A DNA stretch of 64,000 nt from Octopus sinensis (Eukaryota), in assembly GCF_006345805.1 (NCBI RefSeq), contig NC_043012.1, positions 51,274,001 through 51,338,000 on the forward strand, written 5' to 3'. The number at the start of each line of letters is the position of its first letter. Positions within the stretch are counted from its first letter, which is position 1. The position numbers and the translations under genes are program-made. Of this stretch, positions 27,430 to 42,681 are shown piece after piece. The notes under the pieces were generated by a model. It made no database searches, was not told the DNA's origin, and saw only the letters and a list, made by a program, of their open reading frames with translations.

Positions 27430-27960
27430 ATATGTCGCTCCATTCTAGACAGTTGAAATTAAATATGATAACGGTTCATTAGTTAATTCTGTATTTCGGC
27501 CAGTTGTCAATATAGGATGCTACATCTATTTGCAGACCATTGTATTTTGAAAGTTTCTCCGTTTCCTTTAGAGTAACATTGTCATCTGTTGGTATTGATA
27601 CATCGATTAGAAAGCCTTTTTTCTCGATGATCTGTGACAACTATGTCCGACCTATTAGCCTGAATATCTCTGTCTGTTTTTATAAGCATATCCCAGAGTA
27701 TGATTGCTTTCTTCTTTTCTGTGACCTTTTCAGGTGTGTGCTTATATCATCTTTTTTCTGTTGTTGCTGCATTGTGTTAGCAGAGATTCCAGTGTATATA
27801 GGTACCAACTATGTCGTGTCTATTAATATATTCCTCCTTAGCCAGGACTGAGCAGCCAGATACAATATGATTTATTGTTTCCCCTCCATCTCCACATAGT
27901 CTGCAGCTTTTCCCTCCACTTAATGTTTAAATTCGCCAGCGACAAAATATTTTCTAAACA
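27430..27960 (-). mobile_element. R4/Dong-clade LINE fragment (CCHC knuckle + REL endonuclease)
   Basis: CRLCGDGGETINHIVSGCSVLAKEEYINRHDIVGTYIHWNLC...ILWDMLIKTDRDIQANRSDIVV. Confidence 0.85.
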
Positions 27961-28762
27961 TACTTCAGTCACTTTTCTAAGATTATCCTCGAAAAATATC
28001 CGCAGGGCCGTAGCGATAAGGTTATAAATAATATCAATTATATTCTAACACAACGCGAAAACTGGCACCAGAATATATAGCAGCCATAAATCCATATCTC
28101 CAATCGGAATCAATATTCAAAGACGATTTCTCGAAATTTGTTCGCGATCAAATATCAACCGTACTTATACAAAGAGCAGTAAGGATGAATTCACCAGGAA
28201 ATATTTTGATTTATGTAAGTGCTTCGTTTTCTCTACCGCTAAAGATTTAACGATTTGGGATGAATAGAAATTAAAAGGAAAAGAAATTTCTTTTGGACGG
28301 TGACGTAATTGCTATATCCTCTGGCTTTTTAGGCAACATCGTAGAATGTTGAATGAATCCTTATTAAAGTTGTATCTGGAATTTAGTTGTACTGAAGATT
28401 CCAGAGGAGGCTTAAATGCTGCAATACCAGGATTCGAACCACTAAAACTTTTAGAAGTTCATTTTAAGTAAAAGGAAAAGAACAACCAAAATTAAATTTA
28501 AATATACATCCTTTTCAAATTAAATTTTACCTACAATTAGTTCTCTTCCTTTAATTGATAATTCCCGAGAGACAATGCGCGCGCGCGCACACACACACAC
28601 AAACACAAGTACACATGCTAACACAAACACTCACATAAGTACCAAGTGATACGCTTCAAAAGATAAATTCTGAAGACGATTATTTCGAGGAAAATTGTTT
28701 AAGATGGTAATGCAGCGTAGCCGCATTCTGATGACTGGATCAAGCAAAGGAATATATATATA

Positions 28763-28803
<41 letters not shown>

Positions 28804-30049
28804 TACACATGCATACATATACATAATCAATGGAATGTAGGAATTTCAGTTTGTATATTTATTGTCTCAATAAATATATTCCTGTTGCCATAGAGTGATG
28901 CTTTATGAGCAGTGCAGAATTTTATACCCAGCCTTATGGAACCTTATACCGTTATCATAGTGATCAGTATTTAAAGACCCTTACTGGAAAATATGCTTAT
29001 CTAAATCTCTTTCTGTTTCAAGTAAAACCCTCATATACTACATATACTACATAAAAGAAACGATTTATCACAACAGTAATACTCACATTTACACGTATCC
29101 ACGCAGAAAAAAATTCACATGGTTATTCACTAAAATCAGTGTTATATAGAAGCACGTCCAATCCTATTGAAAATATCTATGCGTCTGTTTTTGGATACTT
29201 TTCTATATTTATATTACACTTTTTCCGTTCCATTTCCGTATTGTCATGTGTTTGTATGCTTGTCATTCTGTAAGCATGTGAATATATTTTTCTTAATATT
29301 TGCGTCACCTGCGTATGTGTGTGTGTGTTTGTGTGTGTAAATACGTAATCTGAACAAATCGTATCAGATATAAAGATATGGTTACATTTTTTCGTTTCTA
29401 TTTATAATGCTTACATTTCATATTGTATGAGGAATGAATAATCATTATCATCGTTAATACGAAGGAACTTAGTGAATAATAAATGCCGTTATTCCTATTT
29501 GAAGCTGAGGAAATGGAGCAACGTCATGCAAGTAAAAATGTCCTTGATATTGTTTCACAGATATTAAATCTTTGAATGGCAGTACAAATAGGGAAATTTG
29601 TTATATATCAAGTGACTAGGAAACACAATAGTGCCATGGCTATATAGCCTGCATGAAAATCTTTTATAATATGGAACATAAAATCCATCATAATGATGTA
29701 AATATCCTCACTTTACTGGGATTCTTTTAGAAATAGACTCAGAATTTTCGTATTGGTTTGTGATATTGTTCTTTACTGTTGTTTAAAAATATATTTTTTG
29801 GTGTAAAAATATATGTTTACGTTCCGATCATTATCAAAGTATTTTTAAACATCTTTGAGAAAAAATATTTACGCATTGTCAAATAGCCTAAGATCTAATA
29901 GATTATTGGTGTGCGCCAATAAATTGAAAGCAGATGTGTGGACTGGCAAGAATCTTGATATTTAGCTAGATTTACTCTCTTTGAGTTTCGGAGTACCAAT
30001 CCCGCTAAACATGCTCTAGGTTGTAATCGTTGCAGGATCGATATACTCG

Positions 30050-30950
30050 ACTTTAACACTAAAATTCATTTCTTGTACATAAATATATTATCTGGTCATA
30101 GTATACGCTTCATTTAGTCTCTTATAAGATATCACAATTCGTGGTGAGTGTTCCCTGTAAAAGTGTTGCCGTGGTGTGTGCCATTTGCTAATGTAGTGCC
30201 GTAGATTAAAATAATGTTTTCTTTGGTTCAGCTTTGGAAACCATTCGCATTGGCAAAAACAGTAAACTAATTTTCGCCAAAATTATTTTACCGTCTTTAA
30301 ACTGTGAGAAGCTTTACTAATAACTGATAACCTGTAACTAATGAGACGTAACTGGTGAATATGATTTAGTTCAAAATTTACCTGAGAATACTTTGCTCGT
30401 TATACATAAATTTTAAAGTGGACGAGGAAATATTTTAAAGCAGTCACTCTAATTTATGCATTGACCCTAAAACCCCTAAAACCGTACCAGAATGTCTGTA
30501 TTATATTAAGGCATTAAGTGAGAGTACCAAATAAAATGACAAAATATAGAACTGGGATAATTTTCACGTCCCGAAAGTTTATAATTGATATTCAATTCAG
30601 GAAATAATTTACACCTAGAAAAACGCCTGCACATACACATCCTCTCAATAGTTGTTATATATCTAAATAGTGACACTCTCGTCAATGATTCGGAAAATAC
30701 AGTGAACTCTGAACTTCACTGAAGAGTTTCAAGAGGACGGAATATACATACAAATCTTTTCGGCAATTACTAGATTTATAGAGTTAATGTAATTTCCCCT
30801 TCGGATCACATATACAATCTATACGCGTCCTCAAGCCTCTACAGTTCTTAATGCCAAGCTGGTATTGTTAGTGTGATTTTTCGTGGATTTTAGTACCAAA
30901 GCCAACCAGCATTTGATCCTGCCATTCTATTAACTTACTTGTTAGACTTC
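30050..30950 (-). pseudogene. Very old PLE-like RT relic (tentative)
   Basis: GFGTKIHEK (about YGLPKIHK), DVK.., FAN.., CDIL appear in RT motif order amid many stops. Confidence 0.3.
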
Positions 30951-32425
30951 CATAAATATATTGGTTAAACAAGCAGTGAGACACATACTACCACAGCAAA
31001 AAGAAAAAAAATTAGACTTACTTGAATTACCGAAAGAACTATTTCTGTAATCTAATCAAGTCCCCCGAAAATAAATCTTACAGATATTTTTTCTCCGCCT
31101 GCAAAGTCTCTCCTGTAGAAATAAACCTGAAGTGTATAGTTCTACGTCTCTACAAGACTCTAAAACAAAAACACATTTTCTATATGTATTCAAAATAAAA
31201 TGGAAAATAACGCAGTACTGTATTATGAGTGAACTCGCATATATTTCGTAATGATTTCTAATAATGGCTTCAGAATATATTGGTAACAATTAAAGGTATT
31301 TAATAAGTATTAATCATAAACATAACAACGATAAACACAAAAACTTCAATTAAAATTTAGCCATTCTATTAAGGTTTTATCTCATCAGTTACAATTTATT
31401 ACATTTCACATTAAACTGTCTGGTTAACACTTAAAGAAGTTGAATATCTTTCAAGAACTGATATTAGTATTAATTTAAATGCAGAGACAATTTGGCTTTT
31501 GTTAATCTGGTGCTATTACATTTTACTTGATTGCTCTGTATTTTCACAAAGAATCTATGCACTTGGTTACCGGATATATTTAGAAAACATATCAAATAAT
31601 AATACTCTATCTGACAGTAATACGAAACTACCTTCGCATAATATATTCAATAAAAGAAGCAGAGAGACAAAATGCGAAGCACATATATCAATTGAGCCTA
31701 GATGATTTTCATCTTTCTTCCCAACAGGAAAGTCACAGATTTATTTACGAAAATACTGAGCATACAGAAAGAATGTATATTGAAGGTATCTTAATCCGGC
31801 AATTTTAATCATATACGGCATTCATGACATTGTAACACTATCACAAATATATAGAATTTAAAGATTCACATTCACAGGAATTGCATTTAAAGATGTCCAT
31901 TCACAGCCTCAAAATTGACTTCAAAAACTCTCTAAATGTCCCAGTGTTGATTACGGGGGAAATATAACACAAACATTTGAGACCACATTGTAAATGTAAA
32001 TTGATAATAGATTGTTTGTAGTGAATTTAATCAACGTCACATATCTTGGATTTGGAGAACAAAGCAGCATATGCAATACACGGAGTAAAGAATGAGCATG
32101 CAATTAGATTACTGCATAGAGTATTCTTTAATACCTAAATGCAAATTTCTAAGGGGCACTCAATTTTGTTTACCGTTTAAACATATGGTTGTTATTCGCT
32201 TATAGTTTTCCAAATAAGAGCATTCATTCTTAATTTCTTTAATTAAAAACAATGATTATATAAACAGGAATTTATTATTAACATTCACACACTCCTTCGC
32301 ATATACATGCATAAAGGGAGACATGTGCCTTGATATAAACGTACTTTAATATTTCTGTTAAGAAACACGCGGGCATACACATATATATTCTTGCATACAC
32401 ATATATATTATATATATGCATACGT

Positions 32426-32551
<126 letters not shown>

Positions 32552-35500
32552 TGATCAATATATGACTGATATATACGTGCATTCAGCTATAATCAGAAAC
32601 GCTCACTCACATATTCTCCACACACAGGAATATATGCATATACACGTTTATAGCATATATTTTATGTTGAAGAAAAGGCATATAACTGCTTTTAAAAAAA
32701 TAAATAAATAAACACAAAAATATTCTTTGAAAAATTGAAACATACTTTCTGTTTTGCAAATTAATCGGAAGCGTAGTTGCTAGCGTATTAATTCTGTATT
32801 TTTATAATAATTTCACTTTTCTGTGCATAACATTTTTCATACTTCGCTGATTCAAAATATGTTCGTTTTAACCTTTGCCGAAATTTTCATTTTCAACTCC
32901 TACTTTCTCTCAATCATTTTTTACTCATTGATTTTTGACTAACAAATGCACTCATCATTTTTTTCACTGTTATCATAATTAACAATGTTTAGAGATTAAA
33001 GTTATTTTTTGTTCATATTCCCAAAGGAATATTCATTTTAATGTTCAAACAAAATGAAAGCAGAGTTGTTTCTGAACAGAAAATATTAAAAAAATGTTAC
33101 TGGACTTTAATTTAAATTTTGATGAATATGTGGACATGATCACTTGATTAAATCATGAAGTTTCAAATTGATGTAAAAATTATATGAAAAATCAACAACA
33201 TGTTTCAAATGTTTGAAAGTTGACAGCCAGTGAGGAATGCAGGAAGCGGCATTAAACCAGAATAATATAAATATTACCACTAGACTCACAAAATAAGTAG
33301 CAATATCATAGTAAATTAGACGGAATTTGACGTTTCAAGATCATGGGTCACCTTCTGAGGTTTAGCCAGTCAGAGAAATAAAAAAAGTGTAATGCCACAA
33401 AAGATGACATTCATTAATTCTCGAACCCGTTCTGTAACTATGATTATAAAATTTAAATAATATTCAGCCATGTTGCCTGGTGTTTCTAACCTGACCCCAA
33501 CAACAGAAAGACCTAATTTTAGGACTCTTAAATAACAAAGCAATCATTATTTTTAAGGTGATTCTTCCCTTTGCAAAGATTTGCCATTCCACTTCCAATA
33601 TCATCAAGTGACCTAATGGGAAGCATAAATATTTTCTTTGAATAGAAAAAGAGTAATGGTGTGTGAATGGAAATGGTATAGCGGCTGATGTCATTCCAGT
33701 AATTGGTGCCCAGCTTCTTTTTAAAGTAAAGTCTGATTACATTTGACCGTGCTCAAAATTAATTTCTATACGTTGGTAGACTTTCTAATACATAGTGGGT
33801 ACATTTAGGATCAAGATATTAAATTTTGAGATTTAATTCTTAAGGTTAGGTGAAGTTATTATACTCAATATGCATTTTCAGTTTCTGTCTTACGTAAAAT
33901 AGTAATATACATACATAAATACATACGTCTATATATATATATGTGTGTGTGTGTGTTTGCGACTTTGTGTACGTATATGCACATATATATATATGGGGGG
34001 TGCGTTATGTATGTGTGTGTGTGTATATATATGTGTGCCTCTGAACATAAGCACACTTCCATTCACAACGTACTGATACTCATATACACGTAATATGACA
34101 TGTTTTATAGTATTATGTTTAATCTACAACAGTATATTGAAGCCTTCATAGATTACTAGAAAATAAACATAACGTGTATATTAGTTAGCACATTTACTGA
34201 TATACTTTTAAGGAGCTGAGAGAATTTAATGATGCTATTTAGTTAAACTTAAAGTATTTCTTGGTTCAAAACCCACCAATTTAGTGTTAACATTTGAAAA
34301 TCCATTCAATAGAAAACATACATACTAATGATGCCTATCAAATGATTCAGCTAGTTATATAGATAAATGTGTCACATGCATATTAGTGGAGGTGCGCCAA
34401 ATTGGACGAAACGTTTTGTGGGTTTTAATGTGGCCACTTGTATTCAAAATTCTTATTGTGATTGTTTTGGAGTCGATGTCGCTATAGTGTCTGCCAATAT
34501 ATCTTATAGCATTTGTTCTGTTTTTGTTTTAGTCATCATACTCGGGTCAAATCTGTCTGTGTCCTTTGGTGGACGTAAAACGCTTTCCCATAGTCCTAGG
34601 CTGCCTATCCTAGATCGTATCATTCAGTCAATTCAATCTCGCATTTTCTGTAGTCGAATGTGACGCAAGCATTTAGAACAGGTCTTCGATTTAAGTTTAT
34701 CTATCCCCTTCTTCTCAACTGTCCTTGTACTCCTAATGAAGGAGGAGGGTTAAACACATTTCTCTTCATCGTGCGATAAAACCGATGAAAAAAAGAAGCC
34801 TTCCAGCTGATTGTTAAATATGTGTCTTTCTCTCTTATCTCTTTCTCACTTCCCTCTTGTTTTACACAAACTCATGTACACTCACACATAAGCATGGACA
34901 TTAACAGTACTCTTTCACGTACTTATTCTCTTCTGTGTCAAATTTATCTTTGCAATACTTTACTCAGCTCTTCTGAACGAATGAGTTGATACAAATTCAC
35001 CGACACTGACTCACCTAATTTATGTTACTTATTCATTTACTTGTATTGTGTGTCGACTATTTATTTAGTTTATTAGAACCATTACTTATCGTTGCAGCAT
35101 TTTGTGCAACATACGAGAGATTAAGAGCATTTGAAATGTTTCTGTGTAGCAGACGCGACGCATTTTAAGTAGAGTGATTAAAGCAAGGTGAAATTTAGTG
35201 CTGTGAAAAAGACAAAACTGAGTGAGAGATCTGGGAATTGAACGCTAGATATTCCAATCGTAAGTCCAAATTAGAAACTACGTGTTACCACATCACTTAC
35301 GATACTTTGCAAGAAATAGTTTGCCAATTTCCTTTTGCTAAATTGTAATTATATGGATTTCTTTTTAGTTATGGTTCTTCTTACATCTTCTGATGTACAA
35401 AGCTGAATTTCAGCCACATCACTCTCTTCAGTATGTGGGTTGAGGAACTTTAATTCCGCTGAGAATGCACTCACCCTCTCTGACTAACTCATTAAATCAG

Positions 35501-37592
35501 TCATGTAAAGATACAGTCGCAGCTAATATTTCAATTCCTTACTAAATTTAATACATATCTATGTTTTTAATATCTTCACAAGGGTATCCCGCTCAAAAAT
35601 TCCAGCCACGATAATTATCATTTCGAGGTGAAAAGGAAATAAAGGAAAAGGAAATAAATTCTTTCGCTTTTTCTGGATGAACAAAATACTAATATTTCTA
35701 CACGTTGTGATACTGAGACATTGAAAATAATCTCAATGAAAAGTTTGAAAAATTAGGTTTGTAATATCTAGTATAGGCGTGAATATTTAAATGAAAGAGG
35801 GCAGTGATAGAAAAAATGCTTGCAACTTCGTATTATTTTCCTCCATCATATTCATAAGCATCATTCTCCTCGTAGTCATCATCATCAACGTCAGCGTTAC
35901 TGTCGTCTTCATCGTCGTTATCATCATCATTGGCGGCGGCGGAGGCGGCTTCGTCGTTGTCGTCATAATTATCATCATCGGTCAAAGATTTGTTTATTTC
36001 CCAAAGTATTCATCTATAAATTACGTAATCGACATTTATTGAGGAGTACGTTTGTTAACTAGAGCCAAAGTAAAATATCCTTATTTTTGTGGAAGAGAAA
36101 TAATCATATGCAAAATAACAATGTATAGTGGATCGATTAGCAGACAGAGATAACATTTGTGAACTTCATAAAATATTTGAAAGAGCAGCGTAATCAACTA
36201 ACTCGGTTCGATAACTCGTTTTACGAATAAATTACTTTCAAATGTATGCTATTATACACATAATTATGAGCTACACATACGGTTTTTGACAGACATCTGA
36301 AGATATTCATCAAGAGAGAGAAACCGAATGGGATAGATAGAGATGGCAGTGAAAATAGAACGAAAGAAAGGAAAAGAAATGTCGGATAGCTATATTAAAA
36401 AGAAGTGTTGCGATATTTCTTTTGTTCAGATGCAGCCAGCTAGTTGTAAAATCAGGTATCATTGTTATATAAGACATAAAATTACAAATTTATGCATGTT
36501 TAGCTATTTGTGTCTTCTCAAAATAAACAATGACAAAAATATAATGTCCATTATAGTGAAAGAAAATATTGTCGAGATTATACGTGAACTTAATTAACAA
36601 ATTTATACCTCATATATCCTGATATTTTCGTTGCAATCTACATTAACTTACTGAATTGAGGAAATATTTTACATACATTGAATAGTTTTTCTATTGATTT
36701 CAATAGCTATATTCAAGTTGAAATTGAAAATTCTGAGATATTGAAAAAATAATAAATAAATAAATAAATAAAATATTGGTTTGCATTTTGTTTCGGATCC
36801 ACTGTTTGCTTAAAAGTCATTGTAGTTTATTTTTATTTCATATATCTTATATAAAGTATTCAAATACAACACAAAGAAAATGAAGTAAAAAACAACAAAA
36901 CAATACAAATACAATCTGATGGAAAATGCTTTTTGTATGATTTCAATATATTTACTAACGTTTAGTTATAACATTGTTTGCTAGATAGGCAAAAGAATCA
37001 TTAAAACTTGCCTCCCAGTGTGGCTACAAGCATATGAATAGGGAGAGACGTCTTAATGTTTATTGATATTTCTCTCATAGAGAGTTGCTACAATACCGCT
37101 TACAATGTTTACATTTATTTGTGAATAAGTGGCTAGTTGTATTTTTATTGCAACGGAAGAGGTAGTAAAGAAAATATACATTCCGACGGTGTTAATATCA
37201 AATTGAATTATCTGCTTGCTTTCATACTTAAACAAATGGGTTTAAATTAGTGGAGTATAAATCTGGAGCATAAACGAATAACGTGATCCTAGTATGAAAC
37301 GCAAACTGATACATATTCCACCGATTAGAATTTATTTCAACTGAAAAATAGTAATATTAAAATTGATAACAGAGCTCAACCTCAACATGTCGCAGATGCA
37401 GGAGAAATCCAGCACTTGTTAAAAAGGAACAGAAATTATAGTTCTATATTAAAAATGCTTGAAGAAATGTGATAATTACTTGTGAAAAACACCTGGCATT
37501 ATGCTTGCTCGGTCAACTGTGACTTTGGGCCTTTCTTCCTCTTCACTGAGGTAACATTTTCAATGAATATTAGTAGCTGTAGTATGGCATTG

Positions 37593-37880
37593 TGGAGGCA
37601 CATGGCCTAGTGGTTAGAGCAGCGGACTCGCGGTCGAGGGATCGCCGGTTCGAATCTCAGACCGGGTGATGTGTGTGTTTATGAGCGAAACACCTAAGCT
37701 CCACGCGGCTCCGGCAGAAGGTAATGGCGAACTTCTGCTGACACTTTCGCCACAACTTTCGCTCACTCTTTCTTTCTGCATCTTGCAGCTCACCTGCGTC
37801 CCGTCCGGGTGGAGAACCTATACGCCAAGGAAACCGGGAAATCAGCCCTAATGAACCAAGCATGGCTCGAGAAGGAACAA
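37593..37880 (+). mobile_element. tRNA-SINE family B, full length
   Basis: A box TGGCCTAGTGG, B box GGTTCGAATCT, body shared with 6805-6935. Confidence 0.85.
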
Positions 37881-39020
37881 GATAGTATGGCATTCTTCGT
37901 AAATTCGTCCGATAATAAGGCAAAGTCATGACCAAATAAATAGATAGAAGATAAATATCATAAAGTAATTAATGAAAACAATGCACAAGGGAAGAAAACA
38001 AAAGCAATGGATCTAAATTTCGCCCCAAGGCCAGAAACTTAATGGGAGAAGGAAGTCATTTACATCGTAATCAAGTCCTCAAATGGTACTTTTTATTTCC
38101 GGTTACAAAAGGATGAACGGTGAAGTAAACCACAACAGAATTTGAAATCAGAAGGCAAAGAGCCGGTAGAAATGACGCTATACATTTTGTCTGGCTCGCA
38201 GTCTGTTTGGTCAGTAGGTAAATTATGACATGTTCTGAGCACTAGCTCTACCTATTTAAGATCTGTGATTGCTAGTGTCTGACAATTATACTCGTATCTC
38301 ATGAAACTTGTTCTCGGTACCAAAATGTTCTCAGCACGAAAATACTCTTAGTCAAAACTGAAATGATTATGAAAAAAGAAACGTCCATCTACAAAATAAA
38401 ATATTACTAGGTAAGTAAAGTATTCACATTTTTGAAAGCCCTCCTTGTTTGACGCAATTTATAACGTATTCAGTGATGGTTGCCGTTTTCGTGATGGAGT
38501 GCATGAACGTCTGTGGTATTGAACATTTCAATCATATTTGCCATGACGCATACGGGTTCTGTATCTGGCTGGAGAGAACTCAAATATAGTGTTTCTTTCG
38601 CTTACATCATTATTGTTTATACAGCAATTATGATTATCCAATTGTATAATATTTATATCGTCTACGTTTAAACATTAAGAAGCGACCACTGATATATCAA
38701 CTTTCGTCTTACCCTTATATATAGCTACATAGGACCCCAATGCTTAAGAGAATTTGACTCTTGCTTTCTGCAAATGAAATAATGAAATACATGATATCCC
38801 AATTAGAAAGCCATGTTATCTCCTACTATCAAATTTTAACTTCGAAACACTGAGGGGTTTTGGTCAAAACAGTGTATAGAAACTGATTCCTTTATCCACA
38901 GTATTCATTTATATAAATGAAAAGCCTGTTTCAGTTTCTCTTCGGATTTCAGTCGTATTGGATAATGTTAAGAATCGTCCTTCTTGCCTTCTTGTTAGAT
39001 ATTCCCTAAACCATGTATAT

Positions 39021-39074
<54 letters not shown>

Positions 39075-39087
39075 ATATATATATATT

Positions 39088-39590
39088 ATATAGAGGGTAC
39101 TATTACACATAGATGCATCACGCTAGGAGGGACTCTTAAAGTCAAAACTGCTAAAATAAATACACACATCATACCGAAACAATTCTCGAAGCAGTTCATT
39201 CAAAAACATGCTGCGTTGGATCGATAGCTGTTCGTTTGGTATGTTGTTTTTGTTTATTCATTATATATCATGAATTATGCTTGCACTGAAGAGTAAAGAG
39301 TGCATAATACTGTACCGATTACGAAATAACATTGTGATATGCGGCTAAATTCTGTTTTTAAATGACCTGCTTCGAGAATTGTTTCGGCACGATGTGTTTA
39401 TTTCTTTTAGTAGTTTTGACTCTAGGAGTCCCTCCTAGCGTGAGGCATCTATGTGTAATAGTGCCCTCTATATAATATAAATAAATAAATTTAAAAGAAA
39501 ACAATTCATGGATGTTTTTCTCTTATGAGGTTTTTCACGCTAACTCCTTGATAAATTCTTATAAAGATTTTATCCTATTTTTAAACTGTA
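39088..39590. mobile_element. Non-coding inverted-repeat element in (TA)n (probable PLE terminal derivative)
   Basis: Arms about 39088-39208 and 39352-39475 are diverged reverse complements; the spacer contains CTGAAGA-GTAA...TTAC-GAAA (39296-39336). Confidence 0.65.
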
Positions 39591-39647
39591 TATATATATA
39601 AGCTCATAAGCTGAAACTACAATCAATCAATCAATCATGAATCAATC

Positions 39648-39684
<37 letters not shown>

Positions 39685-39718
39685 ATATATTATATATAAT
39701 ATATATATATATATATAG

Positions 39719-39758
<40 letters not shown>

Positions 39759-39930
39759 ATTATTATGGGATATGTAAACTATCTTCAAATTCCATCCTGA
39801 AGGTAGGTCTAATTTTTTAAATGTTCATTGCATTGTACGTGTGTGTATTTATCGTAGTGTTGGTGGTTTTTGAAGCTTTCGCTTTCATTTTTGGCAAGCG
39901 GATTTTTTTACCATCCTTTTATTCAAATAT

Positions 39931-39966
<36 letters not shown>

Positions 39967-40869
39967 TCTTTTTTTCTGAACGGAAAACCCGCTTCTTTCT
40001 GTTTGGTGCCAGTAAAATCTCGATAAGAGTCATTAATTGTAGTAGAGATCATGCATTGTAGAAAGGATAATCGCTGAAATTCACTAACAAGTGTAATTGG
40101 AATATCTGCAATTCGCATCTCGTTTATGCATTTTACTAAACATAGGTGTTGGATAGCTATCATCTGCACCAATATGCGTCTATGACCCATATGAAGACTG
40201 ATAGTATTACATTAGAAAAAGCTTCACGGCGTTTATTTACGGTGTTCACTGAACTCAAACTGACCACAACTCGCCTTAAAATTAAGGATCCACAAAAAGT
40301 GTTCACTAAACATTTATAATCTCCAATTCTGTATGGATCAGGCATTGAAATATACATTAATTAACATGTAATGCATTACTCACTATGACAGGAGGATTGT
40401 TTTCTACGCATATTGGTGTATCGGATTTATTTCAAACTATATGTCTCGATGGACAGGGCCATTAATGGAGCTAATCAAAATGTAGTCTGACACACCCTAA
40501 TTTCATGTTACGAAAATTCTCAATAGACTAGCATATACATACGTCCAAACTTGAAATTTTCCTGAAATGTGTTATTTTATATATTACAGAAAAGCAATTA
40601 TGCAGATTGTTGTCAATGCTCTATCAACTCATTAATCGACTGTGATGTCAGCTTGAGTTATATAGATAAAGCTACCCATCCATTTAAAAGAAACTACAGG
40701 TAAAGACATATTATAAAGAGTGTTTTCAATGATTAGTATAGCACGAACTCAAAACATTCGAAACGGGAGCTGGATTGGAGCCAACTGCATTGATGCACTG
40801 CATCAATTACCAAACATACTACATACGATAAGAAGAAGACAGATATATATACATACATATATACATACA

Positions 40870-41030
40870 CAACGGGCTTCTTTCAATTTCTGTTTACCAA
40901 ATCCCCTCACAAGGCTTTGGTCAGCCCTAGGCTATAGTCGAAGACACTCGCCCAATGTGCCATACAACGGGACTGAAACCGGAATTATGTGGTTTGTCAG
41001 CAAGGTACTTTCCACACAGCCACTCCTGCG
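40870..41030 (-). mobile_element. SINE family D 5' part
   Basis: Homologous to 49150-49310. Confidence 0.8.
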
Positions 41031-41063
41031 CATATATATACATACATATATAAACACACATAC

Positions 41064-41168
<105 letters not shown>

Positions 41169-41194
41169 GCATATGTATGTATATATATATATAT

Positions 41195-41231
<37 letters not shown>

Positions 41232-41342
41232 AGAAAATAGTAAAGTGTGAAAAAACGACAGAAGGATTAAATGTTAAAAAATATATATATTTGTGTCAAA
41301 ATGTCTGGAGAATATTGGAAAAATTTTTTTCCCTTTTCCTTG

Positions 41343-42681
41343 TTAATTTCTCTGTGTCAGTATGTTCGGATGGTTGAGTCTGGGTTTGTACTTTTCAATG
41401 AAGAATGTTTCCTTGTTCAGTCTCATTTGTGTTGATGATCAGAAGGCACATTGATAAAATGGGAAGATTAAAAATTGTGGCAGCAGTTGCTTTGCGCATT
41501 TCTCAATGTGCTCACTAAAAGGTATCATTCTATATTCTGGGAATGCAATCTGTTGTCGATGCAGTGTGCATCTGCGCCTGAGTGATAGTCCCGTGGAACC
41601 CACGTAGTCTTGGTGGCAGCCCGAGCATTTAATAACATAAATTATGTTTTCAGAGGCACAAGTAAAGTTAGATTTGATCTTAAATTTCTGTCCCTCTTTA
41701 AAGAAGAATTCTGATCCTTCCAATAGGTTAGGACATGTTGCACAGTTCGATCTACCACATTTTTTTACTTTTGCATCCGTAATCTTAGAAGACAATTTTG
41801 CCTTTGTGAGAATATTTTTAAGTGATTTAGGCTGTTTGTAGCTTTTAATGATTTGGTGTATGTTTAGGATTTCCTTTAATTTTGGGTTTTTATGAAGTAT
41901 TGGTAAATTCTGGGTGATGATGGTGAAGGCTTCTTTGTTTCTGGGGTTGTATGTAGATATGTAAGGTAGTATTTTCGGGGAAGGTGTGTTGTTGTGTTGA
42001 ACTTTTAAAGTTTCTATGTTGATTTCTGTTGCACGTCTGATCCCATCCTCTATGAGTTGAGCTGGGTAATGTCTGTCAATTAGGGTGTTTTTGAGTTCTT
42101 GCAGTCTAAAGTTCCTGGTATTTTGTTCTGACACTATTGTGCATATCCTTCTTGCAAGGTTGAAGGGGATGTTTGTTTTAGTGTGTCTTGGGTGGCATGA
42201 ATTAAAAAGAAGGTATTGTTTGGCGTCTGTGGCTTTGTAAAAAATGTCTGTTTCTATTTTAGGTTAATTTTTTTAATTAGTATATCCAAGAACGGGAGCT
42301 CCTTTTGGTTGTATTCCATTGTGAACTGTATATTTGGGTTTATGCTGTTCAATAGGTTTTTAAATTTTAGGAGTTTATCTATGTTTTCATTCCAGAGAAT
42401 GAAACAATCGTCTAGGAATCGTTTCCAATTCTCTTTTATGTATTGAGAGAGGGAGTTTCCAAAGACTGATAGAGATTCGTGGTAAATGATTATTTCCATG
42501 TATCCCATTATTAAGTTCGCAATGACTGGTGCTGCCCTTGTACCCATAGCAATTCCGGATTTTTGACGGTAAAATGTATTGTCAAACATGAAGTGGTTAT
42601 TGTGTAGGATGAATTCAATTGATTTAGTAATGAATTCCTTACTGATCCTTTTTGGTATTTCTTCCGGAAATTGGTCTAACC
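41343..42681 (-). pseudogene. PLE pol fragment: RT (SGIAMG, RFLDD, PFLD) + thumb + GIY-YIG
   Basis: ORFs 42254-42589 and 41439-42134; one -1 frameshift near 42260 (possibly an assembly indel) and a GGA>TGA stop at 41439-41441. Confidence 0.92.

Noticed and set aside
37593-37670. Possible tRNA genes (also 1906-1980, 19884-19960, 50808-50880)
   Set aside because: A/B boxes are present but each continues into a repeat body with no clean acceptor stem or terminator; these are SINE heads.
41439-41441. In-frame TGA as selenocysteine (known in Naiad PLEs)
   Set aside because: The sister arm has GGA (Gly), not Cys, and the endonuclease is C-terminal; a simple nonsense mutation.
42652-42681. N-terminus MVFLPEIGLT of the 305-aa ORF
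   Set aside because: Read from the antisense strand of the left copy across the junction with a TTG start; not a native start.
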